From Ktedonobacterales bacterium (GTDB lineage: Bacteria; Chloroflexota; Ktedonobacteria; Ktedonobacterales; JADMIN01), in assembly GCA_025928125.1 (NCBI GenBank), contig JAICKD010000001.1:1-26370 (forward strand): 26,370 nt of DNA, read 5' to 3'. Every line of letters starts with the position of its first letter. Within the stretch, counting starts at the first letter, position 1. The notes under the pieces were generated by a model. It was not told the DNA's origin. It made no database searches and saw only the letters and a list, made by a program, of their open reading frames with translations. This document shows positions 23,711-26,370 of this stretch, one piece after another. A program made the translations under genes and the position numbers.

Positions 23711-25534
23711 TCAATACGCCGCTTCGGCCTTCGAGGGCTGATAGAGGCTCTCGTAGAGGTCGTGGTAGCGCGCGTGAATCTGTCGCCGCCGAATCTTGAG
23801 CGTCGGCGTCAGCAGGTCATTCTCGACGGTGAAGTCTTCGGGCAAGATCTCGTAGTACTTCACCGTCTCGTAGCTGGCAAGCTGCTGGTTGGCGCGCTGA
23901 AGCCCGGCGTCCAGATACGCCCGGAAGCGCGGATCGTTATAGACGGCGGTGATATCGTCGCTGGCGATGGCCTGCTCGTTGGCCCACGCCTTCACCGCGA
24001 CCGGGTCGAGCGTGACCAGCGCCACCAAGTACGGCTTGCGGTCGCCATAGACGGCCACCTGCGAGACGCACGGCGCCGCCTTGAGCGCGTTCTCGACCGC
24101 CTGCGGCGCGATGTTCTTGCCCGACGCCGTGATAATCAGGTCTTTCTTGCGGTCGCGGATATAGACGTAGCCATCGGCGTCGATCTCGCCAACATCGCCG
24201 GTATGCAACCAGCCATCGGCGTCAATCGTCTCCGCCGTCGCCTGAGGATTATCGTGGTAGCCTGGGGTGACGCATGGCCCTTTCACCAGAATCTCGCCAT
24301 CCTCGGCGATACGCAATTCGTGGCCCGCGTAGGGACGGCCGATGCTACCGAAGCGGTAGTCTTTGACGGTGTTGAGCGTGAAGCCGCCGCTCGTCTCGGT
24401 CATCCCCCAGCCCTCCAGCAGCAGCACGCCCGCCGCGTTGAAGAACTCCAGGATCGATTTATCGAGCGGGGCAGCCGCGGTGATCGAGAACTTGATCTTG
24501 CCGCCGAGCGCCGCCCGCACCTTCTTGAAGACCAGCCGGTCCGCCAGCCGATAGCGCATGCGCAGCCCCGCCGGGAGTGGCCTGCCCGCCGCCTGCTGGG
24601 TCACCGCCTCGATGCCGACGCGCGTCGCCCAGTGGAAGATGCGCTGCTGGGTGTGCGAGCCAGCGGCGGCCTTCGCCTGAATGGCGGCATAGGCCTTCTC
24701 ATAGACGCGCGGCACGCTGAAGAGCAGATCGGGACTGTTCTCCCGTAGCGCCTCCGCCAGATGGTCGAACGAAGAGACCACCACCGTTTCCAGGCCGCGA
24801 TCATGGCCGGCGAGATGCTCCTCGCGGCCAAAGACGTGCGCCAGCGGCAGGAAGAGCACATCCACGTCGCCTGGGCGAATCGTCTCCATCATCGTGCGGA
24901 CGCCGCTTATCTGCGCCAGCAGGGTACTATGCAGCAGCTCGACGCCCTTGGGCTGACCGGTCGTGCCGGAGGTGTAGACCAGCGTCGCCAGGTCGTCGGA
25001 CGCAATGGTGGCGGCGCGCCCGGCGGCAAAGGCGTCGGCCTCGGCGGCGGTGCGACTGCTCAGCGTCTGGAATGCATCGAACGCGATCACCCACGGGTCG
25101 TCGGCGAGCGTCTCTGCGTCCTCGAAGAGGATGACCTTCTCGACGTTGGGTATCTGGTCGCGGATGCTGGCGAGCTTCTCGAACTGCTCCCGATTCTCGG
25201 CGAAGACGAAGCGCGCGCGGGCATTGCCGAGGATGTAGGCGACAGTGGCGGGCGTGTTCGATGGATAGACTGTCACTGTCACCGCGCCTAGCCCCAGAAT
25301 CGCCCAATCCGCCGCCATCCACTCCCAGCGCGTATTGCTGAGGATGCCGATCACGTCGCCAGGCCGCGCGCCAAGCGCCTCCAGCCCGACGATCAGGCGA
25401 TTGACAATGGCCTGGTTCTCGGTCCACGTGGCTTTGCGCCAGACGCCGTTACGCTGCTCGCGCCAGCGGATCCGATTGCCATAGGTCGCGGAGCGATTGC
25501 GAAACAGTTGGGCGAGATTCACTTCAGCATCCAT
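23711..25534 (-). CDS. Long-chain fatty acid--CoA ligase (AMP-dependent synthetase)
   Basis: YTSGTTGQPKG, EGWGMTE, DGWLHTGD, DRKKDLII, LLTPTLK; RBS GGAGG. Confidence 0.95.
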   Translation of the reverse strand: MDAEVNLAQLFRNRSATYGNRIRWREQRNGVWRKATWTENQAIVNRLIVGLEALGARPGDVIGILSNTRWEWMAADWAILGLGAVTVTVYPSNTPATVAYILGNARARFVFAENREQFEKLASIRDQIPNVEKVILFEDAETLADDPWVIAFDAFQTLSSRTAAEADAFAAGRAATIASDDLATLVYTSGTTGQPKGVELLHSTLLAQISGVRTMMETIRPGDVDVLFLPLAHVFGREEHLAGHDRGLETVVVSSFDHLAEALRENSPDLLFSVPRVYEKAYAAIQAKAAAGSHTQQRIFHWATRVGIEAVTQQAAGRPLPAGLRMRYRLADRLVFKKVRAALGGKIKFSITAAAPLDKSILEFFNAAGVLLLEGWGMTETSGGFTLNTVKDYRFGSIGRPYAGHELRIAEDGEILVKGPCVTPGYHDNPQATAETIDADGWLHTGDVGEIDADGYVYIRDRKKDLIITASGKNIAPQAVENALKAAPCVSQVAVYGDRKPYLVALVTLDPVAVKAWANEQAIASDDITAVYNDPRFRAYLDAGLQRANQQLASYETVKYYEILPEDFTVENDLLTPTLKIRRRQIHARYHDLYESLYQPSKAEAAY

Positions 25535-25695
25535 GGCGGCGACCTCCGTTCATCCTGACACACAGAGATACCCAGCAGATGTGTTCTATACCCGTTCTAC
25601 GGTTGTGGTTAGAAGAAAGTGACGGCGAGGCGAGACAAAACCAGCCAGATTGCGCGCAACCGCTGAACGGGCTCAGCCAGAATGCGTATGGCGGC

Positions 25696-25736
25696 CCCCT
25701 CCCCTAACCCCTCCCCCTTTCAGGGAGAGGGGAACC
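25696..25736 (+). repeat. CCCTCTCC/GGAGAGGG hairpin repeat, copy C
   Basis: CCCCTCCCCTAA-CCCCTCCCCCT-TTC-AGGGAGAGGGG-AACC. Confidence 0.7.
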
Positions 25737-25798
25737 AGAGTCGCCCATCGAGTGTGGCGCAGGGCAGCCATGGAAACCCTCGCCTGCCATCAGCATGC

Positions 25799-26370
25799 TT
25801 ATGTCGGTGACGGCGTTCCGGCGCGTACATCGAGCAGGACCGCCGCCGCGCGTACCTGATCGCCTGGCTGATAGTGGATCGCGGAGACGACGCCATCGTG
25901 GGGCGCGCGGATGGTGTGCTCCATCTTCATCGCCTCCAGAATCATCAGCGGATCGCCCGCCGCGACGGTCTGCCCCTCGCGCACCAGCATGCCGACCACC
26001 TGCCCCGGCATCGGCGCGGTCAGCGCGTCGTTGCTCGCCCGCGCGACTCCTGGGAGCGGCAGCGGCGGGCGGCGTGTCAGGCAGAGCGTCTCGCCCGCGA
26101 CGTGCGCCCACCACTCCTCCGGCTGCGCCTCCATCGCCGTCACTCGCAACACGTGGCCGTCAATCTCCAGGGTGATATCCGGGCCACGATGCGCGCGCAC
26201 CCTTACCGCATATGTCCGGCTCTCGTCGCCAAACGTGACGGCGAACGCTCCTGCACGCTCAGGGGTAAGATGCAACGCGAGTTCGCCTCCATTCGGCTGC
26301 TTATACTGTTCGAGCAGGGGACGGCTGCGATTGTTTCGCCAGGTTGCGGGCGTCGGGGTGGCGGCGAGCC
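25799..26370 (-). CDS. Biotin-dependent acyl-CoA carboxylase alpha subunit, C-terminal part (5' end outside window)
   Basis: LTAPMPG and biotinylation motif EAMKM. The frame stays open to the window edge (…TWRNNRSRP…), so this is not a stand-alone 158-aa gene. Confidence 0.92.
   Translation of the reverse strand, partial: LAATPTPATWRNNRSRPLLEQYKQPNGGELALHLTPERAGAFAVTFGDESRTYAVRVRAHRGPDITLEIDGHVLRVTAMEAQPEEWWAHVAGETLCLTRRPPLPLPGVARASNDALTAPMPGQVVGMLVREGQTVAAGDPLMILEAMKMEHTIRAPHDGVVSAIHYQPGDQVRAAAVLLDVRAGTPSPT

Noticed and set aside
23762-24748. 328-aa plus-strand ORF, and similar antisense ORFs such as 4892..5605 and 19958..20560
   Set aside because: Antisense shadows of well-supported genes, expected at this GC content.
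25578-25600. GTTCTA direct repeat upstream of the acyl-CoA ligase as a LexA site
   Set aside because: The half-sites are direct rather than inverted, so they do not form GAAC-N4-GTTC.
25799-26275. Stand-alone 158-aa biotin carrier protein
   Set aside because: The frame is open to the window edge, so it is the C-terminus of a larger carboxylase subunit.

Overview
High-GC bacterial chromosomal window; gene style and the LexA-box type suggest Chloroflexota, possibly Ktedonobacteria (inference). From left to right it holds: the 5' fragment of an IS5-family transposase, tRNA-Thr(CGT), a membrane protein, a selD-rnc pair in which SelD is a selenoprotein (in-frame UGA at codon 18 plus a SECIS-like hairpin, split by the ORF track), a YtxH-like protein, a Ser/Thr kinase, a divergent CAX-type antiporter, a solo TnpB with intact RuvC triad and a structured omegaRNA-like 3' end, a NarL/HisKA_3 two-component pair, an M20 peptidase, a CheY-like receiver gene behind a promoter with a LexA-type box, an orphan phage portal gene, a lower-GC accessory patch (ECF41-like sigma, DoxX, DUF1801, frameshifted vapC plus antitoxin), a HAD hydrolase, a PLDc_N/ABC operon, an ArsR-DUF2087 regulator, a flavin oxidoreductase, an acyl-CoA ligase and the 3' part of a biotin-dependent carboxylase. 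Two dispersed repeat families are present: a 110-130 bp REPIN-like element (2 copies) and a ~40 bp CCCTCTCC/GGAGAGGG hairpin repeat (3 copies). No CRISPR array was seen. All assignments come from reading motifs by eye; no database searches were run.
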